64,000 bases of DNA, from IMG/VR virus record IMGVR_UViG_2788500396_000001, positions 859 to 64,858 of that record, one strand, 5' to 3'. Shown piece by piece: positions 16,534 to 26,277 of this stretch (positions within the stretch are counted from its first letter, which is position 1; each line of letters opens with the position of its first letter). The stretch is from a virus (taxonomy: Duplodnaviria; Heunggongvirae; Uroviricota; Caudoviricetes). The position numbers and the translations under genes are program-made. The notes beneath the pieces were generated by a model. It had not been told where the DNA came from. It ran no database searches and saw only the letters and a program-made list of their open reading frames with translations.

Positions 16534-17718
16534 CGAATATAAAGACTTAAAGGCTTTGTATATCCGTTTCCATGCGATTTTTTGAGACCGATTTTTGAAA
16601 GAGATTCTTGCGTCGCGAATAATATCCTCATCGGTAATTTCTCCGGACGCCTTTTCGATATTGTAGAGTCTCCACATCGATCCGGACATATACAATCCCT
16701 TACTTGTCAAATCATAACACGTATCCGGGAAAACTTTTAGTTTGCCATTCAACGAACTAAGGTTTTGTCTGATCGTCGTTTCTTTGATCGTAGTTCCGTT
16801 GATTTCTTTCCAGCTCATATGTCTTTTTAAGAACTTATCAGATTGCTCAATTTCGAACATTGAATCCCCGGAAGAAAAGAGGTACCTTTGATATGCAACG
16901 AAAAATTTAATGAGACAATCTGGTATATCAACAACTCCAAAATAAGGAGTATTGATTTTATGATCTTCGATTGATACATCTGAGTCAAGCAAAAAAGGCA
17001 ACTCTTCCGTAGAAACTCCAAGCCATACCAGAACAGCACATATAATAGTCCGTGCATCAACAAGCCCATCAGCACGTGTTAAAATTTCGCAAAGTTCTTT
17101 AGGACCAGCAACAAGTTTCGATGCAATTGCTTTGCGAATATCCATATCGCTTGGTTTTAAAGAAAGCAGCTCAACTTTATACGGAACATACAGACCACTT
17201 TCAACACACCATTCAATATAGTGCTTAATAATAGGCAATACATTTTGCATTGTGCGGTAGTTAATTGTATTCCCACTGGATATCGCATCTACAAGCTCTT
17301 CTTTTGTCGCTTCGCAAATATCTTTTTTGTATTTGAGCTCGTAAACAGTCAGCAAATGGTTGAATGTTTTGTTGCATCTGCTTGCCATATATTTATGGCC
17401 GCTCTCTTCCAAAAACTTCTTTTTCCGCTCTACAAACGGAGTTGGATCAATGTCATCTGCATCTTTGAAGCAGGAGCATGCCTCTTGTGCCTGGATGCCC
17501 ATAGCAGGTGCCATAAATTCTGCGAGAGCAATCAACACTTTATTGGAAAATTTCCAGAGTGATTCTCCCTGCAGAATAGATGTTGCTTGCGCATTTGATA
17601 GCCCGATTTCATTCTTTACGTAGTCATACAGCTCGTTTCTAAAGTCAGCGCCACTCACAGCGATCATTTTTTCCATCTCGCTGATCATAGTGACTTGGCT
17701 ATACACAGCCACCAAGAG
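16528..17718 (-). CDS. hypothetical protein (about 396 aa)
   Basis: Long minus-strand ORF. The likely start is TTG/GTG with AAGGAGGTG 5-6 nt upstream (17718), but the ATG at 17688 is also possible. No confident domain assignment. Confidence 0.5.
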   Translation of the reverse strand, partial: LLVAVYSQVTMISEMEKMIAVSGADFRNELYDYVKNEIGLSNAQATSILQGESLWKFSNKVLIALAEFMAPAMGIQAQEACSCFKDADDIDPTPFVERKKKFLEESGHKYMASRCNKTFNHLLTVYELKYKKDICEATKEELVDAISSGNTINYRTMQNVLPIIKHYIEWCVESGLYVPYKVELLSLKPSDMDIRKAIASKLVAGPKELCEILTRADGLVDARTIICAVLVWLGVSTEELPFLLDSDVSIEDHKINTPYFGVVDIPDCLIKFFVAYQRYLFSSGDSMFEIEQSDKFLKRHMSWKEINGTTIKETTIRQNLSSLNGKLKVFPDTCYDLTSKGLYMSGSMWRLYNIEKASGEITDEDIIRDARISFKNRSQKIAWKRIYKAFKSLYSE

Positions 17719-17785
17719 ACACCTCCTTTTTTGATATACACATTGTAACACAAGTATTTCTGTGTGTCAACATGAATATCGTTTT

Positions 17786-18043
17786 TTATATCGCTTTTAT
17801 TTCGTCATCGTCCAAATAAATCGTCAATTTTATTGTCCCAGAAGAGTAGAAGACAACCATGTACGACTCATTCTCTGGCGAAATAACAGCTCGCACTTTC
17901 CGAGGTTTCAGAAAAAACAAATCCTTGCACAATGTAAATAGCTCTTTGCTCTTTATGTCGAATATTCGAAATCCAAAAAAGCTATACTGCCTAAGGACTT
18001 TTATTGGGACTTGGTATTGCTTTGCGTTTGTAACAATAGTCAT
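17786..18043 (-). CDS. hypothetical protein
   Basis: 85-aa ORF in the tightly packed minus-strand block. Confidence 0.4.
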   Translation of the reverse strand: MTIVTNAKQYQVPIKVLRQYSFFGFRIFDIKSKELFTLCKDLFFLKPRKVRAVISPENESYMVVFYSSGTIKLTIYLDDDEIKAI

Positions 18044-18052
18044 TGCAGCCTC

Positions 18053-18349
18053 CTAATTGATGTTATTCAATGCTCCTATTGCTGATTCAACCAACTCCAA
18101 CTTAGCGTCGGAATCGTCCTCATCCAAAGCATCGTCCAAATAGGAGATTGCCTCGTTCAGAAGATCGCTGGCCTCCTCTGAATCTTCATACCGTGATCCT
18201 CCCTGAAGGTTTTCAGGCATGTTGTCTCGGTACTCATCTTCTTCAAACAGAATGTCATTCAGATCTTCTAAGGCGTTTCTAATTTCCGGTGATTTCTTGC
18301 TCAGCATTTCGATACACTTTGCAATCTCTTTACGTCGTTTGTTATTCAT
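18053..18349 (-). CDS. highly acidic small protein (possible DNA mimic)
   Basis: 98 aa, D/E-rich throughout (EDLNDILFEEDEYRD...DDALDEDDSDAKLE). Confidence 0.45.
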   Translation of the reverse strand: MNNKRRKEIAKCIEMLSKKSPEIRNALEDLNDILFEEDEYRDNMPENLQGGSRYEDSEEASDLLNEAISYLDDALDEDDSDAKLELVESAIGALNNIN

Positions 18350-18366
18350 CTCGATCCTCCTATATA

Positions 18367-19722
18367 TTACATCAAAAACTGCGAGACTGTCAGGTAGGGT
18401 AGTGCAAATTCAAGAAGTGTCTCTTTCTCGTTTTTGAGTTTCCCATCGATAACATTCTCTAACAGCATAGACAACATCTTCCCGAGATTTGGACCTGGTT
18501 TAAATCCAATCTGAATTAAATCATTTCCGTTGACTGCTAAATCGCGAAGCGAAAAGCATTCGTTTGAATCATAAACATACTGTAACATCTCAGAGAACAA
18601 ACGAACTTTAGCAAGTCTTTCAGATTGATTCACAGTAGATTGTGCATATATATCTGAGGCCCGCACAAATATGAGCATGTGCAACATATCTCGCCCGTGC
18701 TTATTAAGGCAACGCTTGATGTATGTTCGCTCACAATTGAAAGTGATATCATGATATTTTACAAGATGAGCAACATCTTCAATGATTCGATTCTCAAAAC
18801 GGAGACGTGACATTACATCCCTGCAGATCGGTTCGCTTAATGCTGGATGTCCGTAAAAATGCCCGACTCCATTTTCATCCTCGGAGTATGAGTACGGTTT
18901 ACCAGCGTCATGGAACAGCAATGCCAATCGAACTGTTTCATTTCTAGGCGCATAGTCTATCGCGTGCAGAGTGTGTTCGAACACATCATAAATATGGTAT
19001 GGAGAATTTTGATGGAACCCATCCATATCACGAAGCTCTGGAGCAACTAAAAACAAAATGTTTTTGCACTGTCTTAAAATTTCAGCCGCATTGATCCCGA
19101 CCACCATTTTACGAAGTTCAGCTTGTATTCTTTCCGCAGAAATGCCATTCGGAATATAATTAACAGACTGTATATAAGACAAGGTCTCTGCATCCATGTC
19201 AAATCCAAGGACCGACGCAAATCTCATAGCTCTCATAATTCTGAGCCAGTCTTCTCCGAAGCGATCAGCAGGGCGTCCTACACAACGCACGATTCTTTTG
19301 TTTGCATCAGAGACACCTCCAAAAAAATCGATAATGTTTCCATCATGACCAAGCGCCATGGCGTTGATCGTAAAGTCTCTCCTGGCTAAATCTTCCCGCA
19401 AATCTGACACAAACTCTACTTTTTTAGGATGCCGCCCATCTTCATATTCTCCATCAATTCTATATGTCGTGACTTCATACACTCCGTCATAAACAACAGA
19501 CACGGTGCCATGCTTCAAACCAGTCTCTATGACATGTTTGTCTTTAAAAATATCCACGACCTGCTCTGGCTTTGCATTGGTACATATATCCCAATCATGG
19601 GGCTTTCGCCCCATGACAAGGTCTCTTACACACCCACCAACCAGATACGCCTCATATCCATACTGGTTAAGCCTGGCTAAAATCCGACTCGCTCCATCAG
19701 GAATGCTCCAGTTGTGTTGCAT
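18367..19722 (-). CDS. cca: CCA-adding tRNA nucleotidyltransferase with HD domain
   Basis: Pol-beta head motif YLVGGCVRDLVMGRKPHDWDI. HD motif LLFHDAGKP. RBS AGAGGTGG 6 nt upstream of the ATG. Confidence 0.8.
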   Translation of the reverse strand: MQHNWSIPDGASRILARLNQYGYEAYLVGGCVRDLVMGRKPHDWDICTNAKPEQVVDIFKDKHVIETGLKHGTVSVVYDGVYEVTTYRIDGEYEDGRHPKKVEFVSDLREDLARRDFTINAMALGHDGNIIDFFGGVSDANKRIVRCVGRPADRFGEDWLRIMRAMRFASVLGFDMDAETLSYIQSVNYIPNGISAERIQAELRKMVVGINAAEILRQCKNILFLVAPELRDMDGFHQNSPYHIYDVFEHTLHAIDYAPRNETVRLALLFHDAGKPYSYSEDENGVGHFYGHPALSEPICRDVMSRLRFENRIIEDVAHLVKYHDITFNCERTYIKRCLNKHGRDMLHMLIFVRASDIYAQSTVNQSERLAKVRLFSEMLQYVYDSNECFSLRDLAVNGNDLIQIGFKPGPNLGKMLSMLLENVIDGKLKNEKETLLEFALPYLTVSQFLM

Positions 19723-20722
19723 TCATGACCACCTCTTTATTGACCGCAAAAACAAATTCCTCAACCGCTTTCATGTCTGGGCTCTTAGGTAAATCGCTTG
19801 TTTCTACAGCGTAATTGAATCTCTTTTCAAGATCTGAAACAATTTCAAAAAATTCCGGGCGGTAGGAATGATCTGCTTTTTGGAACTCTCCAGCGCGAAT
19901 TTTCCTGAGCAAAGGTAAATCATCTTTTCTGTTAGTGATGATATCTCCTTTTTCAAAGATATCAATAGCCTCTAAATAGAGGCGAACCAGATGCATTGCA
20001 TGTTTGTTAAGATGATCATCATCCTTTTTGCTGTTTCTGTGGTTGAGTTTATCATAGTTTTTTGCTACCTCTGTCAGTTCGTTCATGATCCCGATGAATT
20101 CGCGCAATGGCATTTTTGACATTGATACATCAGCCATAATTTTAACATCGCACGGATCGTCGTTTAAATATAAACGAATCTGTTCTGGAGAGAAGGTTTT
20201 GTATCTGCATGGGAAAGTTTGCATTGCATTGTTGCAAGATCCCATAATATGGCGCTCTTTATCTTCGGCTGGATAATGGTCTCTAGCTAATGCGTTTTCC
20301 AAGCGACGCAATTGCTGAGTGGCATAACCGCCAAATGAATGAATCGCTCTTTTAGACAAAAACAGCTTTCTGTTTGCAATAATCTGTTCGCCAATTGGAG
20401 TCATTTTAAGATAGTGTTCAGGTAAACAGCCCAACATTTCAATAATGTTTGGATTGCAGTTACACGCCAGATGCACAAATTTATTGAATGCGTAAATTAC
20501 TGTATCGGTTCCGCCATGCTGGAATTGCTCAAACGATGAAAGCCCAATCAGGTCTGAAGCGGACTGCATCGCACACCCTCGAACATCAATATCTGATGTT
20601 GGAGTATTTGTTCCATATGCATGGCTACCACCCATCACCAAGAACAACACATTGTCTCCAAGCCTTGGCTCTGTGGAGAGAAAGCTATATTCGGGGGACT
20701 GCAATATCTTACGGTAATCCAT
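19697..20722 (-). CDS. Pol-beta-superfamily nucleotidyltransferase (minimal NTase, PF10127-like)
   Basis: GGSHAYGTNTPTSDIDVRG (GS-x9-13-DxD). Start moved to the ATG at 20722, preceded by AAGGAGGG. Overlaps cca by 26 nt. Confidence 0.6.
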   Translation of the reverse strand: MDYRKILQSPEYSFLSTEPRLGDNVLFLVMGGSHAYGTNTPTSDIDVRGCAMQSASDLIGLSSFEQFQHGGTDTVIYAFNKFVHLACNCNPNIIEMLGCLPEHYLKMTPIGEQIIANRKLFLSKRAIHSFGGYATQQLRRLENALARDHYPAEDKERHIMGSCNNAMQTFPCRYKTFSPEQIRLYLNDDPCDVKIMADVSMSKMPLREFIGIMNELTEVAKNYDKLNHRNSKKDDDHLNKHAMHLVRLYLEAIDIFEKGDIITNRKDDLPLLRKIRAGEFQKADHSYRPEFFEIVSDLEKRFNYAVETSDLPKSPDMKAVEEFVFAVNKEVVMNATQLEHS

Positions 20723-20821
20723 ATAACCCTCCTTGTGTCCAATAAACAGTACCAAATGGTGATAAGAAAACAAGGAAATCGAACATTTGTATTATAACGT
20801 GCGATTTCCTAAAATGCAACC

Positions 20822-21790
20822 CTAATTTTTTCTTGCGTTACTGATCAGTGCATTGCCGCATGTGATGCGGTCGCTATCTTCTTCATACGACGGCACAAAC
20901 ACAATAACATCCCATCCATGGTCGAGAAGGGGAGCTTCGAACTTACTGTAAACGGAATATTTCTGGTAAGAATCCCCTACATCAAATCCTGAGAGAAGGG
21001 CCGTTGAAGTCTGATGGATAGGCGTAATTTTTACAACAAATTTGTCTTTGTCAAATAGATCGTCCAAAACGCTTGGATCTAAAATTGTCTCATTGGTCAC
21101 GGCGAAGTTCAATGTATATTTTCTGCCAACGGGGGAGGGGAGAGTGTCTGCTAATCTTGAAATTGCACGAAGTCGCATAGACATTCCGTTAAACTGTTTA
21201 TCCCGTTGCGCATCGTCGGTGCTATTAATGCTAAATTGAAGACCGGCTTCTCCACCCCGAGCGTTGTTTTTGATGTCACACCAATATCGCACAAAATCTT
21301 CAGCCATCATATTGCTACGCGGGAGCATAGTAGATACGACTGGATGAATTGTATCTGCCTCCAACCCGCATTCTGCTACCAGGGCATCCAGCTTGTCTTC
21401 GGTAAACGACAGCACATTTGGATTAAAAGTAGGTTCCCCCATACGCGCAAAATGAACATTAAATCTCGCAGTTTTTTTGATTTGTTCACCATGAATGATT
21501 GTTTTAATCTGATACCCAAGGTCATCTTCAGAACAATTGCCATGAAACCCAAACAAAGGCACATCACAAAATCCGCAATGCATGGGGCATCCTTTTTGTG
21601 TGCTGATTGTAGCAACCCACTTATCAGCAAGATCTACATCATGGTGCTCAACGCCTTCGATTTCCTTTGTGTATCCAAGAAAGTTTGCTTTTATATTATT
21701 CTCTTTCCCGTAGTCTCCAACAGTTAAAAACTCAAGGCTTCTATCTCTGTCTACATAAATTTTACCGGTATGGGTTTTAACAATTTCCAT
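20822..21790 (-). CDS. radical SAM enzyme
   Basis: CPMHCGFC (Cx3Cx2C) and ARMGEPTF (GGE-like SAM motif). RBS AGGAG 5 nt upstream. Confidence 0.65.
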   Translation of the reverse strand: MEIVKTHTGKIYVDRDRSLEFLTVGDYGKENNIKANFLGYTKEIEGVEHHDVDLADKWVATISTQKGCPMHCGFCDVPLFGFHGNCSEDDLGYQIKTIIHGEQIKKTARFNVHFARMGEPTFNPNVLSFTEDKLDALVAECGLEADTIHPVVSTMLPRSNMMAEDFVRYWCDIKNNARGGEAGLQFSINSTDDAQRDKQFNGMSMRLRAISRLADTLPSPVGRKYTLNFAVTNETILDPSVLDDLFDKDKFVVKITPIHQTSTALLSGFDVGDSYQKYSVYSKFEAPLLDHGWDVIVFVPSYEEDSDRITCGNALISNARKN

Positions 21791-21803
21791 AATTACTCCT
21801 ATT

Positions 21804-22736
21804 TTAAATATGAATAATCTTATTGTACAAAACTTGAAAATGATCGGTTATTTGCATATCTTGGTGGTAATGGCCACAAAACCATTTTGTCTTCGGAGAC
21901 ATCCTCTTAATGAGTTGCAAAAAATCTGTAAGTTGGTCACTCCTATAAGATGTGCTTATTTTATTCAAAAGTGATGTTGGAGCACAGTGGGTAATAACAT
22001 AGTCAATATCCCAACCAACACTCTCTAAATTGCGAATGGCTTCAGCATATTCTGAATCGGAAGGCATCTCTTCTGGCCACCAATCAATGCCTTTTACTCT
22101 GAACATGCTGCCATTCCGGCGCATCCTCCAGTAAGTTGTGCTGAAGTCAAGATCATCGGGGTCCAGTATTCCATCCCACACATCATGGGATGCAGCTCCG
22201 CCCATCGTAAAAAATTTCTTCCCGGCGATGTTAAATACCTGTCCTCTCATAAGGTGAAGAATGTTTTCTCTGAGAACATGAACCTTTCCGCCTTTCCATT
22301 CGTCGCAAGGGAAAGAATTGAGCAGGTCGAAATTTTCATGGTTGCCGTCAACAAACAGCAGCGTAAATGGTTTAGACTCAATCCAGTCAAGCCAATACTG
22401 ATCTCTACGGCTACCATCCCAGACTCCGCCAAAGTCTCCACAAATGATTACGAAGTCTTCTCTTGTTAAAAACTTTCCTTCTGTGAAACGGCTATTCCCA
22501 AATTTACTAAAATCGCCGTGTGTATCTCCTGTGATGTAAATCATATTCGGTATCACTTCGCTTCTTTCAGATCTCCATCGTAAATATAAATAGGCCCACT
22601 TGAAGAATAATACGGAGACATGTAGCCATATCTTCATCTCATATCGTTTATTTAAATATATCGCAATCTCGTCTTCTGAGAGATTTTCAAGAGCGCTGGA
22701 AACTGCTTCTCCGTATGTCTCCAGAAGATCGCACAC
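21804..22736 (-). CDS. calcineurin-like metallophosphoesterase (possibly with 64-aa N-terminal extension)
   Basis: GDTHGD, GDFGG, GNHE motifs. The in-frame GTG at 22736 has AAGGAGA 6 nt upstream. The canonical phosphoesterase start MIYITGDTHG is at 22544. Confidence 0.65.
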   Translation of the reverse strand: MCDLLETYGEAVSSALENLSEDEIAIYLNKRYEMKIWLHVSVLFFKWAYLYLRWRSERSEVIPNMIYITGDTHGDFSKFGNSRFTEGKFLTREDFVIICGDFGGVWDGSRRDQYWLDWIESKPFTLLFVDGNHENFDLLNSFPCDEWKGGKVHVLRENILHLMRGQVFNIAGKKFFTMGGAASHDVWDGILDPDDLDFSTTYWRMRRNGSMFRVKGIDWWPEEMPSDSEYAEAIRNLESVGWDIDYVITHCAPTSLLNKISTSYRSDQLTDFLQLIKRMSPKTKWFCGHYHQDMQITDHFQVLYNKIIHI

Positions 22737-22763
22737 ATCATGTCTCCTTATAAAATTAAGATT

Positions 22764-23039
22764 TTATCTATCCATTTTTGCGCCACAATTTGGGCAGTGG
22801 GGCGGCATCCAATCAGCCCAGATATCTGCATCAAGATCTTTGAACTTGTCTTGCTTACAAACTGGGCATATTCTATTCCCAGGCTCCCACCGACCATGCG
22901 CCACTGGAACAACGTCGGCAGATAACATACCAGCAATAACTCCTTTTACCAAGCTGTATTGGACTAAATCCGGGTTTACTGTTCTCGGCATACGCCGTAT
23001 TTTTTCGATTGTGTCTTTTTTATTGATGTATTCGATCAT
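22764..23039 (-). CDS. small zinc-ribbon protein
   Basis: CPVC...CPNC pairs, 91 aa. Confidence 0.45.
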   Translation of the reverse strand: MIEYINKKDTIEKIRRMPRTVNPDLVQYSLVKGVIAGMLSADVVPVAHGRWEPGNRICPVCKQDKFKDLDADIWADWMPPHCPNCGAKMDR

Positions 23040-23066
23040 TTATTCCTCCGATTGCCGCAACGTCCG

Positions 23067-23570
23067 TTACCGTTCTCCTGCCAATGTGTCTTCGGAAGCT
23101 TCAAGGCTTGTATAATACGGATGTTCAAGTTTCCCGTTTTGAGACAACATAGATAAACAAAACGCCTGTTCTTCCGCAAAAACATTTCTGTATTCGCACC
23201 CTTTACATTTTTGCTTTGTATAACAATCTCCAGGAAACTCGCAGTCGTCATAAACTCTCCAGACTGGAGATCCAACCTTGCACGGCGACACCACACACCG
23301 CCCGTCCCGGTCAGCCTCTACCAGCTCCCGTAGGCGGTCTAGGTCGTAGTCTTCGCCTAGGATGTCCTCTATGTCAGCCAAGCGTATAGCTATTTTTTCA
23401 AGCCAATCTTTTCGAGGAATATATTTTAAATTGATCTGTTGGGATATACAATCCGTTGGGTTCCCGTTCTGGTCTTTATGGCGATATGTCAACCGCTCCA
23501 CACTCACTCCTCCTTTATATCTATCCCCACTCACTACATCCGCCGTTATATTTCCATACACAACGATCAC
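23067..23570 (-). CDS. hypothetical Cys-rich protein
   Basis: 167 aa. Overlapping ORFs in other frames look spurious. Confidence 0.45.
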   Translation of the reverse strand: MIVVYGNITADVVSGDRYKGGVSVERLTYRHKDQNGNPTDCISQQINLKYIPRKDWLEKIAIRLADIEDILGEDYDLDRLRELVEADRDGRCVVSPCKVGSPVWRVYDDCEFPGDCYTKQKCKGCEYRNVFAEEQAFCLSMLSQNGKLEHPYYTSLEASEDTLAGER

Positions 23571-23601
23571 ACATACCGTAACATAGCTTATGATTCAATG
23601 C

Positions 23602-24303
23602 TTATTCCTCTCTTATACCGGACCATTCTGATTCTTTTTCCCATGTTGTAATAGCGTAAATGTTATCACGCAACGCGGCATACATATCGTATTGGATTAG
23701 CGGGTAGATTTGATCATCAACGAAATCAGAAAGATCGCCAACAGCATTGGATACACCATCCAACTCTTTGATGGCTGCATCCCTCTCTTTTTCTGCCTTA
23801 TCTGCTCGTGTCTTTTCTGCGTTTAATTGATCCATAAGTCTCGGAATCAAAGGGCAATGAGCCGCAGGTATAGCAGTGCAAAAGCCTCCAACTTCCGTAC
23901 AATTTCCGTTTTCGTGCATCGAGTCGCACATAAGGCAGTTAGGCTTCATAGCCTCCAACAACCGATCTCTGTCTTGCTCTATTGCTTCTGCACGAGCTTC
24001 TGCTATCCTTAATTTTGTTTTTGTTGCTTCAAGATCCGCACTGTCCATTGCCGCAAAAGCATCGACCATCTGATCATAGTAAATATCTTTCTGTTCCAAT
24101 TCGTACTCCGCTGCCTCAGCACGCTCCTTAAAACCATTAGCGGCGTTTCGTAACGCTTGGTTTTCTATCAATAGGTTTGCGATAGCAGAAGAGGCCAGCT
24201 TCGTTATGGTACATTCGAACTCATGATCCCCGGCATACACGCAGTCTGCGCAGTTTTGCTGACACCCATAAAGTAAATCATCTGATAGTTTCTTATAGTC
24301 CAT
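23602..24303 (-). CDS. coiled-coil Cys-cluster protein, copy 1 of duplicated cassette
   Basis: Shares ENQAL... and KERDAAI(K/Q)(E/Q)L.G with 35774..36334. Likely start is the ATG at 24303 (MDYKK). Confidence 0.5.
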   Translation of the reverse strand: MDYKKLSDDLLYGCQQNCADCVYAGDHEFECTITKLASSAIANLLIENQALRNAANGFKERAEAAEYELEQKDIYYDQMVDAFAAMDSADLEATKTKLRIAEARAEAIEQDRDRLLEAMKPNCLMCDSMHENGNCTEVGGFCTAIPAAHCPLIPRLMDQLNAEKTRADKAEKERDAAIKELDGVSNAVGDLSDFVDDQIYPLIQYDMYAALRDNIYAITTWEKESEWSGIREE

Positions 24304-24455
24304 AATTAACCATCTCTTTTCACACAAAGAGGACATGGATGCGAACAAAATGTCACCTGTCCACTCTGTTTGCAGATGCCACAGCCTTCTCCGTACTTAT
24401 TCATAATCCACTGATCATCACGCCAATAGATACATTCACCGCAAGTCCCCACTGT

Positions 24456-25022
24456 TTACACCCCAATCCTCTTCTCCAGCTCGGCCCAGGCGTCCGGCGT
24501 TCTTGGCCTGCCGCATCGTTCACAATACTTGTGAATGGAAGATTCCCACTTGGAATATCTATGGCAATCTTTGCAGTAATCCGCATCACCAAACACTTCG
24601 TCCGCATTGTGGTCACAGGTCGCACAGTTATTTCGGCACATTTCACCGCACGGCTTCCACGCCTCCCGATCGATGTGGGCGGGCTGGTAGGCGTACAGAG
24701 TCAGTCCGTTGTACTTAACGTCTAGGTCGCAATAAACGCCCCGGAAAAACGGAATATTCGCCCACATCCCATCAGGGTCAATGTGGATTATGCCCCATTC
24801 CTTTTGCTCTTCGCACCATGCAGGCTGACCGTCCATCTCTCGCAGTTGCTCCATAGTAAGAGGTTCCCCGGTCAATTTATTCCGCAGAACATCCGCCGCA
24901 ACCCGGCACGCTGCATCCAACAGTCTCATACGCTCCACCGGAGAATCCGCGTATGGGTTCAGCGCTTCCCGTGTGGTATCCGGGTCAAGAATCCGGGCCG
25001 CTTCTTCATGTGTCATCGACAT
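24456..25022 (-). CDS. Cys-rich protein, copy 1 of paralog pair (with 36500..37078)
   Basis: ILDP.T...LN, AYIDREAWKPCGE..NC..C and C.RCGRP.T.(D/E)AW are shared with 36500..37078. GC-rich, about 58%. Confidence 0.55.
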   Translation of the reverse strand: MSMTHEEAARILDPDTTREALNPYADSPVERMRLLDAACRVAADVLRNKLTGEPLTMEQLREMDGQPAWCEEQKEWGIIHIDPDGMWANIPFFRGVYCDLDVKYNGLTLYAYQPAHIDREAWKPCGEMCRNNCATCDHNADEVFGDADYCKDCHRYSKWESSIHKYCERCGRPRTPDAWAELEKRIGV

Positions 25023-25076
25023 TCACATCAACCTCCAGCCAACTGTTATAAAACGGATCTTTTATCTGAGTTTATT

Positions 25077-25586
25077 TTAAAAAATCTCCCACCAGTAATC
25101 AAAACATCGCTTGTATCCAGATTTACCGCTGCCGTATTCTGATCCATGCCGCAATCGGCGATTGGAAAATTTTTTGTAAAACTTTTTTCTGTTTGAATGT
25201 CTTGCACGTTTTACGTATTTTCCAACAGGCGTCCAAACACCATCAACATAATCATAATCCACATAGCCAGATACAGAAGAAACGGCGCCAATGATAATTG
25301 CATTTATCAGTTTTTCTTTCTTCTTTTTCGTCATAGATCTACGGTGGGCTAATCCAGAAGTGCGTCTACCTTGCTTTTTTTGAGGTTTAACATAGAGGAA
25401 AGCGTCTTCGCAATAGTCTCCAATAAAAAATGCATGTCCTATTTTGTCACAGCAGAGATGATCAAATTGAAATTCACCATATTCTTTTTCTAATGCTAGT
25501 CTTCTTTCCAGATCATCTTTTGAGATAAGTGGACATTCGTCACACAAAAAGCAATATTGTTCTGAGATTTTAATCAAAATCAACAC
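25077..25586 (-). CDS. hypothetical protein (basic C-terminal region)
   Basis: 169-aa ORF. Confidence 0.4.
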   Translation of the reverse strand: MLILIKISEQYCFLCDECPLISKDDLERRLALEKEYGEFQFDHLCCDKIGHAFFIGDYCEDAFLYVKPQKKQGRRTSGLAHRRSMTKKKKEKLINAIIIGAVSSVSGYVDYDYVDGVWTPVGKYVKRARHSNRKKFYKKFSNRRLRHGSEYGSGKSGYKRCFDYWWEIF

Positions 25587-26167
25587 CCTTTAGGAACCCA
25601 CTCCGTTACCGTAATGGTCTTTTCATATGTTTTCTTCTCGACTTCTACAGGCTGACTGTAAAATTCGTTTTCTTGACATTCTGTCAGACCCTCTTCCCAG
25701 TCGATAGAAAAATATCTTCCTTTCAGAGATATAATGGTGGTAGCAGATCGAGTCCACCGGCGATTTTCGCCATAGCCAGTTTCGATCTCACATCCATAAA
25801 CAAGTTCGCTCAGCTCGCTCCGTGTTAGTTTTTCTTTGCGATCGATCTTATCAATAATGATTTCATCAAAATGCTCTTCATAATATTGAAGCTCGATGGC
25901 TTTGGCTTCTGTGGCTTCTCTCTCGGCCTGTTCCTTTTTGCGCTTTTCCTCCAACGCCTTTAGATCTCTCTCTTTTTGAGTAGGGAGCCGCTGGACGCAA
26001 GATAGATTCATATCTCTCCAAGACATGCCATGAGAATTAAGGTTCCAGACGATTGGATTAGTGTCAATATTATCGTTCCAGAATGCATCCATTTGAGCTT
26101 CAGTATATCCAGACGCTTTCATCCATTCTTTTTGCTCTTCTGTAGGAGTTTTGCGTGGAGTTTTCAT
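25580..26167 (-). CDS. hypothetical protein
   Basis: 195-aa ORF, coiled-coil middle. Confidence 0.45.
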   Translation of the reverse strand: MKTPRKTPTEEQKEWMKASGYTEAQMDAFWNDNIDTNPIVWNLNSHGMSWRDMNLSCVQRLPTQKERDLKALEEKRKKEQAEREATEAKAIELQYYEEHFDEIIIDKIDRKEKLTRSELSELVYGCEIETGYGENRRWTRSATTIISLKGRYFSIDWEEGLTECQENEFYSQPVEVEKKTYEKTITVTEWVPKGC

Positions 26168-26208
26168 GTTTTTATACCTCGTTGTCCATAATATTTGGCG
26201 CAGAATAA

Positions 26209-26237
26209 TTGAACAACAACCTTATATGTGATATATT
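26209..26237 (+). promoter_or_regulatory. sigma70-like promoter TTGAAC-17-TATATT with TGn extended -10
   Basis: Lies in the divergent intergenic region upstream of the plus-strand membrane gene. Confidence 0.5.
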
Positions 26238-26277
26238 GTAAGACATCCTTTAAATAAAAATTAAGGGAGTTGTTCTT

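Noticed and set aside
22600-23115. Plus-strand ORFs 22600..23115 and 22740..22925
   Set aside because: They are antisense to the well-supported minus genes 21804..22736 and 22764..23039. They lack an RBS and their translations are low-complexity.
24306-24404. 32-aa Cys-rich micro-ORF (MNKYGEGCGICKQSGQVTFCSHPCPLCVKRDG) between 23602..24303 and 24456..25022
   Set aside because: It is plausible as a zinc ribbon. It was not called because it is below the size threshold and has no clear RBS, but it is kept as a candidate.
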